NCBI GenBank assembly: GCA_043289735.1
Contig: CP171343.1
Location: 797,431-861,430, forward strand
Direction: 5' to 3'
Source of the DNA: Acetilactobacillus jinshanensis
Lineage (GTDB): Bacteria; Bacillota; Bacilli; Lactobacillales; Lactobacillaceae
Length of the DNA: 64,000 bases
A program made the position numbers and the translations under genes. Under the pieces are notes generated by a model that was not told the DNA's origin, ran no database searches, and saw only the letters and a list, made by a program, of their open reading frames with translations. How positions within the stretch are numbered: the first letter of the stretch is position 1; each line of letters opens with the position of its first letter. This document shows positions 41,281 to 52,804 of the stretch, one piece after another.

Positions 41281-41443
41281 GAGTTTCTTACAAAAAAATA
41301 ACGGGTACATAAAGTACCCGCTATTTCTAATTTCTATTATTATAAACGATTAATTAGAATTCGTTGAAAACGACTAGCCCGACGATTTATATCATCAGGC
41401 GAGAAGCGGGAACTCCTACTTGATTTCAATTACTACATTTATA
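41281..41443 (-). promoter_or_regulatory. infC-rpmI-rplT leader with attenuator hairpin (candidate L20 leader)
   Basis: ~160-nt leader ending in AGCGGGTAC-TTTAT-GTACCCGTT + TTTTTTT (41292-41325), just upstream of the infC RBS. Family assignment by context only. Confidence 0.45.
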
Positions 41444-41472
41444 ATAATATCAATTTTTAATCAGATAGTCAA
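41444..41472 (-). promoter_or_regulatory. sigma-A type promoter for the infC operon
   Basis: Minus strand TTGACT - 17 nt - TATTAT, starting 8 nt after the thrS stop. Confidence 0.55.
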
Positions 41473-41479
41473 CCGTTAT

Positions 41480-43429
41480 TTATTCATTTCTAGAATAAGT
41501 AGCGATATCGTGCTTAATAATCTTTAAGAAGTCAGGAATACTCATTTCCTTACTGTTCTTATGACCGTATTCACGAACGGAAACCTGGTTATTAGACTTT
41601 TCTTTATCACCAACCACGATGGTATAAGGAATCTTCTTGGTCTGTGAATCACGGATCAAGTAGTTCATCTTTTCGTTACGGTCATCTAACTGAGAACGTA
41701 ACTTCATGCGACGGAACTTCTTATCCAACTTCTTAGCGTAGTCACCATCTTTATCCATGCTTACTGGGATAATCCGGATCTGATGAGGAGCTAACCAAGT
41801 TGGGAAAGCACCTTTATACTGTTCAGTTAAGTAAGCAACGAAGCGTTCCATAGTGGATACGATTCCACGATGAATCATAACTGGACGATGCAACTTGCCA
41901 TCTTTACCAACGTAGTGTAAGTCAAAGCGCTTTGGTAACATGAAGTCTAATTGAATGGTGGACAAAGTTTCTTCGTTACCTAATGCAGTGTAAGTCTGAA
42001 CATCTAACTTTGGACCGTAGAATGCGGCTTCACCTTCCTTTTCAACGTATGGTAAGTGTAAGTCATCCATGGCACCCTTTAACATACTCTGGGACTTGTG
42101 CCATAAGGCATCATCGTTAAAGTACTTCTTGGTGTTGTTAGGATCACGGTAACTCAAACGGAAGTGGTAATTATCAATGTTGAAGTCATGGTAAACATCC
42201 ATCATTAACTTCAAGATCCGTTTGAATTCGTCCTGAATCTGGTCAGGGGCAACGAACGTATGACCATCATTCAAGGTCATTTCACGAACACGCTGTAAGC
42301 CTTGTAAGGCACCGGACTTTTCGTAACGGTGCATCATGCCTAATTCAGCAATCCGCATTGGTAAGTCACGGTAGGAACGAATGTGCTGGTTATAAATCCG
42401 GATATGACTTGGGCAGTTCATCGGACGTAATTCTAACCATTCACCATTATCCATCTTCATCGGCGGGAACATGTCATCACGGTAATGAGCCCAGTGACCG
42501 GAACGCTTATAAACGTTTAAGTTCATTAAGACTGGGGTGTATACGTGTAAGTAACCGTTAGCGATTTCTTTATCAACGATGTAACGTTCGATTACCCGAC
42601 GAATGGTAGCACCGTTTGGCATCCAGTAAGGAAGACCTTGACCAACTTTTGGATCAACGAAGAATAAGTCTAACTTATTACCGATGACACGATGGTCACG
42701 TTCTTTAGCATCCTGAATCTTATCTTCTTCAGCCTTTAAGCCCTTTTGCTTGTAGAATACGATGGCGTAAACACGCTGAAGCATCGGGTTAGAAGACTTA
42801 CCCTGCCAGTAAGCACCGGCAACGTTAAGTAACTTGAAGTACTTGATACTCTTAGCATCGGGTAAGACGCCGTCTTTACCAAAGACTAACTGATCATCAA
42901 CCTGATAGAACGGTACTTTATCATCATGAGCTTTACCAAAAGCACGAACGATCTGAGCTTGGTATGGATCACCATCAACCTGGTTCAAAGCATCTTTAAG
43001 GGATAAGACTTTCCGTTCTAACTTAGTATCGTCTTTAACGAATTTGTTCATCTTATCAGTTAATGACTTTAAATCATCGGAGTTAACCTGGGTACCTTTT
43101 TTATCAGTATCAACGTAAAAGCCACCCTTACTAGAGCCCCTTTCACCAAAACGAAGACCTGGGAATGTCTTAGCTAAAGCAGCCTTTAAGAAAATAGCGG
43201 CAGTCTTTTGTAAGACCGTTAAGCCGTCTTTAGAATCAGCAGTAACGATCTGAATCTTGCCACCCTTGTTCAAAGGCTGATTTAAATTAACCCATTGACC
43301 GTCAACTTTAGCGGCAACGGCTTTCTTAGCTAAACTGATCGCAATTGATTTAGCAATCTTACCTGCAGTAACGCCGGCATCAAACTGCTTAACGCTATTG
43401 TCAGGGAACTTAAAAGAAAGTTGAGACAT
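41480..43429 (-). CDS. thrS: threonine--tRNA ligase
   Basis: 649-aa ORF; TGS domain N-terminus, class II motifs ([18 protein letters not shown]), anticodon-binding C-terminus. Confidence 0.97.
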   Translation of the reverse strand: MSQLSFKFPDNSVKQFDAGVTAGKIAKSIAISLAKKAVAAKVDGQWVNLNQPLNKGGKIQIVTADSKDGLTVLQKTAAIFLKAALAKTFPGLRFGERGSSKGGFYVDTDKKGTQVNSDDLKSLTDKMNKFVKDDTKLERKVLSLKDALNQVDGDPYQAQIVRAFGKAHDDKVPFYQVDDQLVFGKDGVLPDAKSIKYFKLLNVAGAYWQGKSSNPMLQRVYAIVFYKQKGLKAEEDKIQDAKERDHRVIGNKLDLFFVDPKVGQGLPYWMPNGATIRRVIERYIVDKEIANGYLHVYTPVLMNLNVYKRSGHWAHYRDDMFPPMKMDNGEWLELRPMNCPSHIRIYNQHIRSYRDLPMRIAELGMMHRYEKSGALQGLQRVREMTLNDGHTFVAPDQIQDEFKRILKLMMDVYHDFNIDNYHFRLSYRDPNNTKKYFNDDALWHKSQSMLKGAMDDLHLPYVEKEGEAAFYGPKLDVQTYTALGNEETLSTIQLDFMLPKRFDLHYVGKDGKLHRPVMIHRGIVSTMERFVAYLTEQYKGAFPTWLAPHQIRIIPVSMDKDGDYAKKLDKKFRRMKLRSQLDDRNEKMNYLIRDSQTKKIPYTIVVGDKEKSNNQVSVREYGHKNSKEMSIPDFLKIIKHDIATYSRNE

Positions 43430-43469
43430 ACAAAACCTCTCCTTTTTAAAATACGGTGAAACCGGTTGA

Positions 43470-43750
43470 TACTAAAAAATCCCTAATGCAACTAAGCATT
43501 AGGGACGTCTTTCAAGAGTTAAACGCGGTTCCACCCAAAATCAATCTATAATAATTTACGATTCTATCCGTAAATAATTTTTATAGACACTCAACTAGGT
43601 CGATAACGGAAACCTATCCGGCCCAGGATTTCCCCTGGGCACTTACGGAAGCGGTAATTTAAACCTCGGTATAAAGGGACTTCCAGTCAAGGTTCCTTCT
43701 CCCTGGATACCGAAAGATTTAAATCATATCTTCCAAAGTTTTTCGTGTAT
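43470..43750 (-). promoter_or_regulatory. T-box leader with terminator/antiterminator controlling thrS
   Basis: Minus strand TTTTGGGTGGAACCGCG (43524-43536), then terminator TCCCTAATGC-TTAGTT-GCATTAGGGA-TTTTTT (43474-43506). A candidate ACC specifier sits in ..TTTAAATTACCGCTTCC.. Confidence 0.8.
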
Positions 43751-43785
43751 GGTTATATTTAACAATTAATTTTTACTTTTGTAAA

Positions 43786-44721
43786 TTAATTATTTTGGCT
43801 CGGGTTTCTTCGGTTTTTCCCGATCATTTGATATTCGTTAGCCAGGAAACGGACCCTTTCCATAATTCGTTGGGCCTTTAAAGGATCTTGATCCCCACGA
43901 GTATCATAAGACAAATGATTTTTAGCGAACTCGTTCATCGAGAAATTAGAACTAAAGAACGTCGGTAATTCGTTCTGCATTCGGTACTCTAAGATAACGC
44001 TGAAGATATCGTCACGAATCCAGGCTGACATTACGTTAGCGCCGATATCATCCAGCATTAAGATGGGTGACTGTTCAATCGAACGAATTTTCTGGGCCAC
44101 CGTATTATTTTGAATCGAAGCCTTCATTTCGACCGCAAAGGTCGGAAAATGAACCAAAGTCGTTTCAACGCCGTCTTTGGCTAACCGATTAGCTAAGGCA
44201 GCTAATAGATACGTCTTGCCGACGCCCCAGCGGCCGTAGATATACATCCCTTTATGGTAATCATCAGGATGATTTTCGTATTCAGCGACAAATTTAATTG
44301 CGGCTTCCAAAATTACCGATCGGCTCGCGTCCGAATGACTATCAAAATTCGTTAACGAAGCGTCCCGGTCCTGTTTAGGTAGTGCAACGGAATGAACCCG
44401 GTCGTGAAGAGCTTGCTGCCGTTTAAGTTCAGCCATTTGTTCAGTCGGCTGATACGTAATGTTAATGGAATGATCATTTAAGACTAATCGCGGGACGTAG
44501 CCGGGCATTAGGCTCGGTTCACCCCGATTGATTTTATTCTTTTCCTGAACGTATTCATGCAATTTAGGAGCGGAACGGATCAGATCATCCCGGGATATCT
44601 CATCACGGTGTTTTTTAACAAAGGCCTTAACATCCGGATCGTTATAGACCTTCTGCATTAATTCTCGATAGGAAATCAAGTGATGCTGCTTCATGATCTG
44701 ATTCAAAGTCCGTTTCATCAC
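43786..44721 (-). CDS. dnaI: primosomal helicase loader DnaI
   Basis: 311-aa ORF; Walker A GRWGVGKTYL, Walker B ILMLDDIG. Confidence 0.9.
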   Translation of the reverse strand: MMKRTLNQIMKQHHLISYRELMQKVYNDPDVKAFVKKHRDEISRDDLIRSAPKLHEYVQEKNKINRGEPSLMPGYVPRLVLNDHSINITYQPTEQMAELKRQQALHDRVHSVALPKQDRDASLTNFDSHSDASRSVILEAAIKFVAEYENHPDDYHKGMYIYGRWGVGKTYLLAALANRLAKDGVETTLVHFPTFAVEMKASIQNNTVAQKIRSIEQSPILMLDDIGANVMSAWIRDDIFSVILEYRMQNELPTFFSSNFSMNEFAKNHLSYDTRGDQDPLKAQRIMERVRFLANEYQMIGKNRRNPSQNN

Positions 44722-44724
44722 CCT

Positions 44725-45976
44725 TTCTATGCGGGGCCTGATGATTTAATTTTGCTAACTGCCGTTTGATCTTTTGCTGAACCTTGGGACTAGTGGGGTG
44801 TAATTTGACGTGATAATCCGAACGGGCCCACTTGGGTAGCTTTTGTTTGATGCTTCAGCGGGCGTATTAACGCCCGCTTGGCCCCAAGCCGCCATAATAT
44901 ACTGCATATAAGAAGATTTAAGGGCCGGCATCCCTTGTCAACGATTACGTAATAGGTCAGAACGTTAATCACGCCCGCGTTATCCCGAAAAGTATGATTA
45001 GCAAGCAACTGGGCAAAGTCCGTTCTTCTTGATGAGTAACGATAGCGTGCGGATTAAGGTGCTTCTTTAGATGATGCAGGAAAGGAATCGGTGAATAATA
45101 ATCCGCGGCTTTGATTAACCCCCGCTCTTGGTTTGATAATTTAGCATTCTGACCCAGATTTTGACCCGGCTTAACTTTAAACCGCGTCTTCGCCGGGATA
45201 CCCGAATTACCCTGAAACGTTTCGCAATCAGCCACTTAAATTTATTAAAGTTAATCTGGTTGTTAGTTACGGACGTCGCCCGTTTAATATAATTCGCCAT
45301 CGCCGGTTCATCCAAACCGTATAAAGTATGCATGGTCAAAATTAAATGCCGATGCTGCTTAACCGAATCAACGTCCGAATAACTTTGTTTCATTAAATCT
45401 AAAAGTAACTTAAAGTTAAAATCCGGCGACTGATCAATATATTCCTGATCTTTTTTAAGACTAGGGGCCATTTTAGCCTTCATCCCGGACCGAATCCGCC
45501 GAATCAATTTCGGCAGATTAGTTAGGTGGTGATGACCCACGTTATAGACTTCTAAGAAGTCCCGGCTAACGTCATGCACGTTCTTAAAGGAATACGGTTT
45601 AGGGATATCTCGAGCAAACCCACGCTCAATAGATCCGTATTAAAAAATTTACGGGCCGAAACGGGCTGAATTAAATGAAAAATATAAAGCGGATGATCGG
45701 CGTCCTTTTTATAAAAAGTCCGCATTAAGCCGGCGCCTTCTACCCGGCGTAAAGCCATCTCAAGACCCGCGTATCAACGTTTAAATAAGCCAAAAGATCC
45801 CGGACGGGCCGCTGAAATAACTGATTCTTCCCTAATTCACTTAGCTGCCATAGTAAATTTATTAGCGCATAAGCGGTCGGGTGCAATAAGGGCTGATATA
45901 AAAGATCTAAGGAACAGCGACGGGTGTCCGATAGATGATCATCCCGCATAATGACAAAGCCCGTCTTTGGATCCAT
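44725..45976 (-). pseudogene. dnaB: replication initiation/membrane attachment protein DnaB (Bacillus-type), at least 4 frameshifts
   Basis: Start [38 protein letters not shown] (45976 down). Five successive ORFs (45740-46060, 45552-45758, 45115-45579, 44969-45235, 44790-45008) are each one frame further on. nrdR-dnaB-dnaI synteny. Confidence 0.8.
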
Positions 45977-46508
45977 ATTCAATTCCTGCTTCCTTGACTT
46001 GAATCTTTTGGTCTTCCATTTGGTTATGCTTTTGCTGGCGTTCCTTTTTGGTTTTATCATGATCCATAACTTCTTTTAGTTCGTGATAAAACTCCGTCAT
46101 ATCCTTAAATTGACGGTAAACACTAGCAAAACGGACGTAGGCGATTTCATCTACTGAAGCTAATTCATGCATTACGTATTCACCGATTCGCCGGCTGGAA
46201 ACTTCGGTTACCCCTAACGAACGAATCTTATTTTCGACGTGATCAACGATACTGATCATTTTACTCATGGGAATCGGTCGTTTTTCAGCGGAACGAATAA
46301 TCCCCCGGAGAATCTTTTCACGATTAAACTCTTCACGGGTCCCGTTCTTTTTAATTACCAATAACGGGGTCTTTTCAATTCGCTCAAAAGTCGTGTAACG
46401 AAAGCCGCAGTTTTCACACTTCCGGCGACGGCGAATAACGCTGCCGCCGTCAGTCGGACGACTATCAATCACACGAGAACCATTTTTATGACAATGCGGA
46501 CATTTCAT
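45939..46508 (-). CDS. nrdR: transcriptional repressor NrdR (with ~25-aa C-terminal extension)
   Basis: [29 protein letters not shown] zinc ribbon plus ATP-cone. The ORF reads past the usual end into the dnaB 5' region. Confidence 0.9.
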   Translation of the reverse strand: MKCPHCHKNGSRVIDSRPTDGGSVIRRRRKCENCGFRYTTFERIEKTPLLVIKKNGTREEFNREKILRGIIRSAEKRPIPMSKMISIVDHVENKIRSLGVTEVSSRRIGEYVMHELASVDEIAYVRFASVYRQFKDMTEFYHELKEVMDHDKTKKERQQKHNQMEDQKIQVKEAGIEYGSKDGLCHYAG

Positions 46509-46524
46509 AATATCACCTTAGAAA

Positions 46525-47070
46525 TTAAATCTGATGACGATCAATTAATTCACTAACCTGGGATAAAGTTTGGCGTTTAGTTCCATCACTATTAATGACC
46601 CAATCCGCTAGACGTTCCTTAATAGACAAAGGCCATTGACTATCAATCCGAGATTCAGCATCGGTGATCGATAAATGATCACGCTGCATTAAGCGATGGA
46701 GCTGAATAACGGGACCACAGCTCACCACCATTACTTTATCAACTAAATACTGATAACCACTCTCAAACAACGTGGGCGCATCTAACACCACGTGTTTAGA
46801 TATAAACGGATCAATAATTCGAACTAATTGACGTAATTTTTGCGGATGGGTAAATACAAAATGACCTAGTTTAGCTCGATTTAAATTGCCATTCGATTTT
46901 AAATATTGGCTACCAAAGGTTTGAATGATGGCTCGCAATCCAGGCTGGCCTTTTGCTTGAACGGAGTGGGTAATCGTATCTGCATCCACAATCCAATCGC
47001 CACGTTGGCCCAGATACTGACTAACGTTAGATTTACCAGTTGCAATACCGCCCGTTAAACCAATTATCAT
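46525..47070 (-). CDS. coaE: dephospho-CoA kinase
   Basis: MIIGLTGGIATGKS P-loop. 181 aa, somewhat shorter than typical but the frame is intact. Confidence 0.88.
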   Translation of the reverse strand: MIIGLTGGIATGKSNVSQYLGQRGDWIVDADTITHSVQAKGQPGLRAIIQTFGSQYLKSNGNLNRAKLGHFVFTHPQKLRQLVRIIDPFISKHVVLDAPTLFESGYQYLVDKVMVVSCGPVIQLHRLMQRDHLSITDAESRIDSQWPLSIKERLADWVINSDGTKRQTLSQVSELIDRHQI

Positions 47071-47900
47071 TTAATCAACTTCTGGCACTTAGGGCAGAAA
47101 TGAGTCCCCCGCTGAGCAACCTTAATCTTTTTAATCGGGGTGCCACAACGATCACACGGCTTACCAGCCCGATGATAAACGTGCAAATGATGCTGAAAAG
47201 ATCCGGACTGGCCAAAGGCGTTTTTATACGTAAAGACGGTCGTCCCGTGACCTTTAATGGCCGCCTGAATTTCATTAATAATGTTTTTACGCAGAAGCTT
47301 AATTTTAGCGTCACTTAACGTATTGGCCTTCTGTTTCGGATGGATCTTGCTCATCCACAGAACTTCATCGGTATAAATATTGCCTAATCCGGCAATGTGG
47401 CTCTGGTTAAGCAGAAACGGTTTGATCTGGCCCCGACTCTTGTTCATGATCTTTTTCATATAAGCAAAAGTTAGATCCTTTGCGGTGGGTTCCGGCCCTA
47501 AAGTGCCCAATCCGGACACGGTCTTTTCTTCACCGTTCTTGATCAGCCACATCCGGCCGAACTTACGGGTGTCGTTATAGCGCAATTCACGGTCACCGTT
47601 TAAATGAAAGATGACGTAATCGTGCTTATCCAGCGGTTCACCCGTTTTATGAACCATGTATTTACCTTCCATTCGCAAATGAGAAACTAGCGTTAAGCCA
47701 CCAGTTAAACGAAACAGTAGATATTTACCTCGCCGATCAATTCGAATGATCTTCCGATTCTGCAGACGACGTTTAAAATCAGTAGCAGTAACGTTTTGAA
47801 TCATTTTAGTATAAAGGACGTCAACTTTCTGGATCGTAGCACCTTTAACTAACTGATTTAATCCGCGTTTTACCGTTTCAACTTCAGGTAATTCCGGCAT
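47067..47900 (-). CDS. mutM: formamidopyrimidine-DNA glycosylase
   Basis: MPELPEVETV N-terminus; C-terminal zinc finger CDRCGTPI..CPKCQ. Confidence 0.95.
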   Translation of the reverse strand: MPELPEVETVKRGLNQLVKGATIQKVDVLYTKMIQNVTATDFKRRLQNRKIIRIDRRGKYLLFRLTGGLTLVSHLRMEGKYMVHKTGEPLDKHDYVIFHLNGDRELRYNDTRKFGRMWLIKNGEEKTVSGLGTLGPEPTAKDLTFAYMKKIMNKSRGQIKPFLLNQSHIAGLGNIYTDEVLWMSKIHPKQKANTLSDAKIKLLRKNIINEIQAAIKGHGTTVFTYKNAFGQSGSFQHHLHVYHRAGKPCDRCGTPIKKIKVAQRGTHFCPKCQKLIK

Positions 47901-47935
47901 TTAAAACGTCTTCCTTCTTAATCTATTTAATTTGA

Positions 47936-50571
47936 CTAAAAGTCATACCAATTATCACCGTGATGACTAGTAACCTTTAACGGCACCGCTAGTTTAATGG
48001 CGTGATCCATCACGTCCGGAACGATTTTAGCTAACTTAGGAATCTCCGACTTAGGCGCTTCAAAGATCAATTCATCATGAATCTGCAGGAGCATGGTCGC
48101 CTGTAAATTCTTAATGGCCTTTTCCATCTTAATCATGGCCATTTTAATAATATCGGCGGCACTTCCCTGAATCGGCGTATTCATAGCGGTCCGTTCGGCA
48201 AACGAACGGGTCCGGAAATTACTGGAATGAATATCGGGAAGGTAGCGACGACGATGAGTAATGGTTTCAACATAGCCCTTTTCGTGAGCTTTCTTAACAG
48301 AATTATCCATATATTTTTTGACGTTGGGATATTCATTAAAGTACTTCTGAATAAAGATTTTGGCCCGTTTACGGCTAATTCCGGTATTACGAGCCAAACC
48401 AAAGGCACTAATCCCGTAAACGATCCCGAAGTTAACGGCCTTCGCCTGACGACGCAAGTTCGGGGTAACTTCATCGTTGGACTTTAAACCAAAGATTCGC
48501 CGGGCGGTCGAAGCGTGAATGTCACGGCCCTGCAAGAATTCTTGCTGCATATCGTGATCTCCCGAAATCGAGGCTAAGACCCGCAATTCAACTTGCGAAT
48601 AATCCGAAGACCAGATTTCCCAGCCTTTCTTACGGGGAACGAACGCCTTTCGAATCTTTTTACCTTCAGGAGTTCGAACCGGAATGTTCTGTAGGTTAGG
48701 ATCAACCGAAGATAAACGGCCCGTTCGGGTCAAAGTCTGCAAGTAACGGGTATGGACCTTATGATCAGATGAGTAAACGTCCTTTAACAAGCCGTCAATA
48801 TAAGTCGACAAAATCTTTGACAAACGACGGTACTTTAAAATCTTCTGAACGATCGGTGAATCCGGAGCCAAACGTTTCAAAATCCCTACCGAAGTAGAAA
48901 AGCCGGTCTTGGTTTTCTTCAAAGGCGGCAGCTGTAATTTATTAAATAAAATTCGGCTTAACTGCTTAGGTGAACCAATGTTAAATTTTTCACCGGCGTC
49001 TTCATAGATCCCCTGCTTTAACTGATCTAAACGCTCGCTATATTTACTCTTCATGTTAGTGAGGGTCTTAGTATCCACCGTTATTCCAGCAATTTCCATT
49101 CGGGCCAGAACAAATGAGAATGGTAGTTCAAGCTTACGATAAAGATTAGTCTGCTGATGGTCTTTTAATTGCTTAAATAACGGTTTCCTTAACTTGGCAA
49201 TCGCGATTAATTTCCGGGTCCAATGATTAAATAAAGTCTTATCATCCTTTGGTAAATGACGATGCTTTCCGGTTCCGTAAACTTCAGCATCAGTTTTAAC
49301 TCCGAAATAGCCGTGTAGATTAGCAATCTTACCCAGATCATTTTCGTTTTCACTGGTGTTAAGTAGATAAGAAACCAGCAGCATATCAAAATCAACATGA
49401 TTTAATTTAATGCCTAAGCGATGCAAACCCACGTAAGTCCGTTTAGCGTCAAAAACGTTCTTAGAGATCGTTTTACTTTCTAAGAATTTCTTTAACGACG
49501 CTATCGGAAGTAAATCAACATCTTTTGATACATACCAATGGCCATTCCGACCAATCGCAAAGCCCACCAATGGAGCAACATGGTAGTTAAGGCCAAACAT
49601 CCCAAGATAAAATTCAACGTGATCACCCAACGTCTTGACGGCTGGTCTAAATTATCTTTAGTTAATACCTGATATTTAACGGTCTGATTAAAGGTAATGT
49701 GCATCTGACCTAAAAACTTTCGAAAACCTAATTTACGGTATAACGATATAAAGCCTTTTGTTTGATCCCCATGGTAAATAAGATCTTTCAAACCAATTTT
49801 AATGGGCGCTTCACGATCAATTGTCGCTAATTTTTTCGCTAAAAAGGCAATTGGTTTGTCCTGAACTAAGTGCTGATGCAGTTTCTTAGCGTGAATCGTA
49901 TCAACATGTTGATACAGATTTTCAACGCTGCCGTACTTTTTGATTAACTTATCGGCAGTCTTCGGACCCACTTTGGTCACGCCCGGATAATTATCCGAAT
50001 TATCACCCTGCAGCGCTTTTTTATCGATGATCTGTTGAGGAGTAATTCCGAGAGTCTTTTTAACGTATTTCGGGGTGTAATGAACAATGTTGGTAATTCC
50101 CGTCTTTGAAATACTAACGGTGGTCTGTTCAGAGCAAAGCTGGGTCAGATCACGGTCACCGGTCACGATCCAGGTCCGGTAACCCGCTTGATCAGCTTCT
50201 TTAGCAAGAGTGCCGATAATGTCATCGGCTTCGTAGTTCTTAATCTCATAGCTACGAATCCCCCGGGCCTTAAGTAACTTCATCATTACCGGAAACTGTT
50301 CCGTTAATTCCGGAGGCGTCTTATGTCGATTACCTTTATAATCAGCGTAAATTTTAGTTCTAAACGTAACGCTTCCGGCATCGAAAGCAGCTAATACCGA
50401 CGTCGGATGAACCTGTTTTAGCATTTCATTCAACATCACGTTAAAGCCGTAGATTGCGTTGGTATGTAAGCCGCTGGGACTCGTGAATCGGTTAATCGAT
50501 CCGTATAAGGCGTAAAACGCTTTGAATAAAATACTGTTACCATCAATTAATAATAGCCTTTTTTCGGACAT
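47936..50571 (-). pseudogene. polA: DNA polymerase I, frameshift exactly between the 5'-nuclease and the 3'-exo-like/polymerase part
   Basis: The N-part from ATG 50569-50571 (LLLIDGNSILFKAFYA, GDRDLTQL, GVTKVGPKTA) loses frame at ~49640 after ..LTKDNLD. The next frame reads PAVKTLGDHVEFYLGM.. through DYSQVELRVLA, QIHDELIF to 47936. 2636 nt = 2 mod 3. Confidence 0.85.
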
Positions 50572-50674
50572 AGAATTCTCCCTCATTTTTTCACTAATTT
50601 TATTTTATCACTATATCTAGTACCTAGCCACGTTAGCTATTTAGTGTTGTTATTATTATTAAAGATTTGATAAT

Positions 50675-51402
50675 TTAATTATTATTATTACCAAAGCCAC
50701 CGAAGATTTCTAATAAACTAATGAAGATGTTAATGAAATCTAAGTATAATGCTAAGGCACCGTTAATGGCCAAACCATTAATCGAGATCTGATCATGGAA
50801 ATTATTGTACATAGCTTTCATTTGGTGGGCATCAAACATCGTTAATAATGAAAAGATAACCACCGCAGCAAACGATAAGAATAAAGCTATCATGCTGCTC
50901 TTCAAAAAGATGTTAACTATCATAGCAACGATTAAGCCGATCATCGCCCCGAACAACTGGGTGCCTAATTTAGCTAAACTCTTTTTAGTAAATAGACCAA
51001 CCGCACTCATGGCAACAAATACACTAGCACTTGATACAAAAGCCGAAGTAATGGTCGTTCCAGTATAAACCATGAAAATATTAGAAAACATTAATCCGGT
51101 TAAGCCAGCATATACCATCAATTCAACAAAGCCTACTACGGCATTTCGCATGGCGGTCCGGCCTAAAATAAAGGGTAAGATAAACCAGGCAATTAATAAG
51201 ACCCAGCTAAAACCACCGGTTATTTGAAAGTACAGAACTTTACCTGCGTAATAAGCAACGATTGCTGAAACTAAAACGGATAAAGCCATCCAGCCATACA
51301 TCTTAGTTAAGAACGAATTTAATCCAGCTGATTCATTAACGATAACTCGACCGTTACTGGGATCAACATCGGGACGCTGGAATTAAAATTGAAATTATTC
51401 AT
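50675..51402 (-). pseudogene. BAX-inhibitor-1/YccA-family membrane protein, frameshift at codon ~8
   Basis: ATG 51400-51402 with RBS gives MNNFNFNSS.., then a stop. The next frame reads FQRPDVDPSNGRVIVNESAGLNSFLTKMYGWMALSV.. to 50675. 728 nt = 2 mod 3. An internal Met (51301) could still give a 208-aa product. Confidence 0.65.
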
Positions 51403-51416
51403 TGTAAACACTCCTT

Positions 51417-52739
51417 TTATTCATGATTTTCTTTTAATAATTTTTCATAGGCGTTTTCGTATTTTGGAATATCACCGGCGCCCATAAAGATGACTACTTG
51501 ATGATGATATTTTAATAACGGTCGCATATCAGTACCGTGAATCAAAGCACTCGGCTTGGTGATTCGATCGACCACGTCTTGAGCCGATACCTGACCGGAT
51601 TTTTCACGTGGCGAAGCGTAGATCTTAGTAACGTAAACCCGGTCGGCACGACTCAAGCTCTTACCAAATCCTGATAAATAAGCTTTAGTACGGCTATAGG
51701 TATGGGGCTGAAAGACAGCGATTAATTCTTTATCGGGATACTGCTGACGAGCGGCCATAATCGTAGCGTCAATTTCAGACGGATGATGAGCATAATCATC
51801 AATAATTTCCATATCAGCAACGTGATGATGAGCAAAACGGCGCTTTTCACCTTTAAACGTAACTAATTCTTTTTGAACTTGCTTTAAATCAACGTGTTCC
51901 ATATGAGAAACCGCCACTACGGCTAAAGCATGCAGAATATTATAAGGGCCAAAGAGATGAATGGTAAATGTACCTAATTTCTCATCATGATAGTAAGCAT
52001 CAAAGGTTGAACCTTTAGTATCTTTCTTTACGTTCTTCGCTTGAAAATCATCCCGATCATCACTCCGAAAGGTATAAATCGGAACGTTAGCGTGTAACTT
52101 ACGTAAGTTCGCGTCATCGCCCCAAATAAAGATACCCTTATGAACTTGATTAGCAAACGTTTGAAAAGCGTCTACATAATCAGGAATCCCGGTATAATAA
52201 TCGGGATGATCAAAATCAATATTGTTTAAGATCGCATAATCGGGACTGGTGCCTAAGAAATGACGACGGTATTCATCAGCTTCATATACGAAGAATTTAG
52301 CATTCTTACAGCCGTAACCACGACCGTCACCAATTAAGTAATCAGTAGGTTCAATCGAACTCAAAACGTGAGCTAATAAGCCCGTCGTACTGGTCTTGCC
52401 ATGGGTCCCGGCAATCGCGATACTGGTGTAGCCTTTAATCATCTTGCCTAAGAACTGGTGATAACGGTAAACTTTTAGGCCCTGGTCTAACGCGGCTTTA
52501 ATTTCCGGCTGTTCATCAGTAAACGAATTTCCGGCAATGATCGTTAATCCCGAATGAATATTCTTAGGATTAAACGGCAGAATTTTAATTCCAGCTTTTT
52601 CTAAAGGTTTTTGGGTAAACGTAGTCTGCGTAATATCAGAGCCTTCAACTTGATATCCGCGATCATGTAAAATCAAGGCCATAGCTGCCATGCCGGTCCC
52701 TTTAATCCCTACGAAATAGTAAACGGTATTTTGATTCAT
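51417..52739 (-). CDS. murC: UDP-N-acetylmuramate--L-alanine ligase
   Basis: [26 protein letters not shown]. Confidence 0.96.
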   Translation of the reverse strand: MNQNTVYYFVGIKGTGMAAMALILHDRGYQVEGSDITQTTFTQKPLEKAGIKILPFNPKNIHSGLTIIAGNSFTDEQPEIKAALDQGLKVYRYHQFLGKMIKGYTSIAIAGTHGKTSTTGLLAHVLSSIEPTDYLIGDGRGYGCKNAKFFVYEADEYRRHFLGTSPDYAILNNIDFDHPDYYTGIPDYVDAFQTFANQVHKGIFIWGDDANLRKLHANVPIYTFRSDDRDDFQAKNVKKDTKGSTFDAYYHDEKLGTFTIHLFGPYNILHALAVVAVSHMEHVDLKQVQKELVTFKGEKRRFAHHHVADMEIIDDYAHHPSEIDATIMAARQQYPDKELIAVFQPHTYSRTKAYLSGFGKSLSRADRVYVTKIYASPREKSGQVSAQDVVDRITKPSALIHGTDMRPLLKYHHQVVIFMGAGDIPKYENAYEKLLKENHE

Positions 52740-52804
52740 AGTAATCTTCCTTTAATTCTCTGGTTCGCTATATTTATATCATAATAATTATGATAAATAA
52801 AGCG

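Noticed and set aside
45939-46060. NrdR C-terminal extension overlapping the dnaB start, considered as a gene fusion or programmed overlap
   Set aside because: It is more simply explained by loss or shift of the nrdR stop in a region where dnaB is no longer under selection. The extension has no motif.
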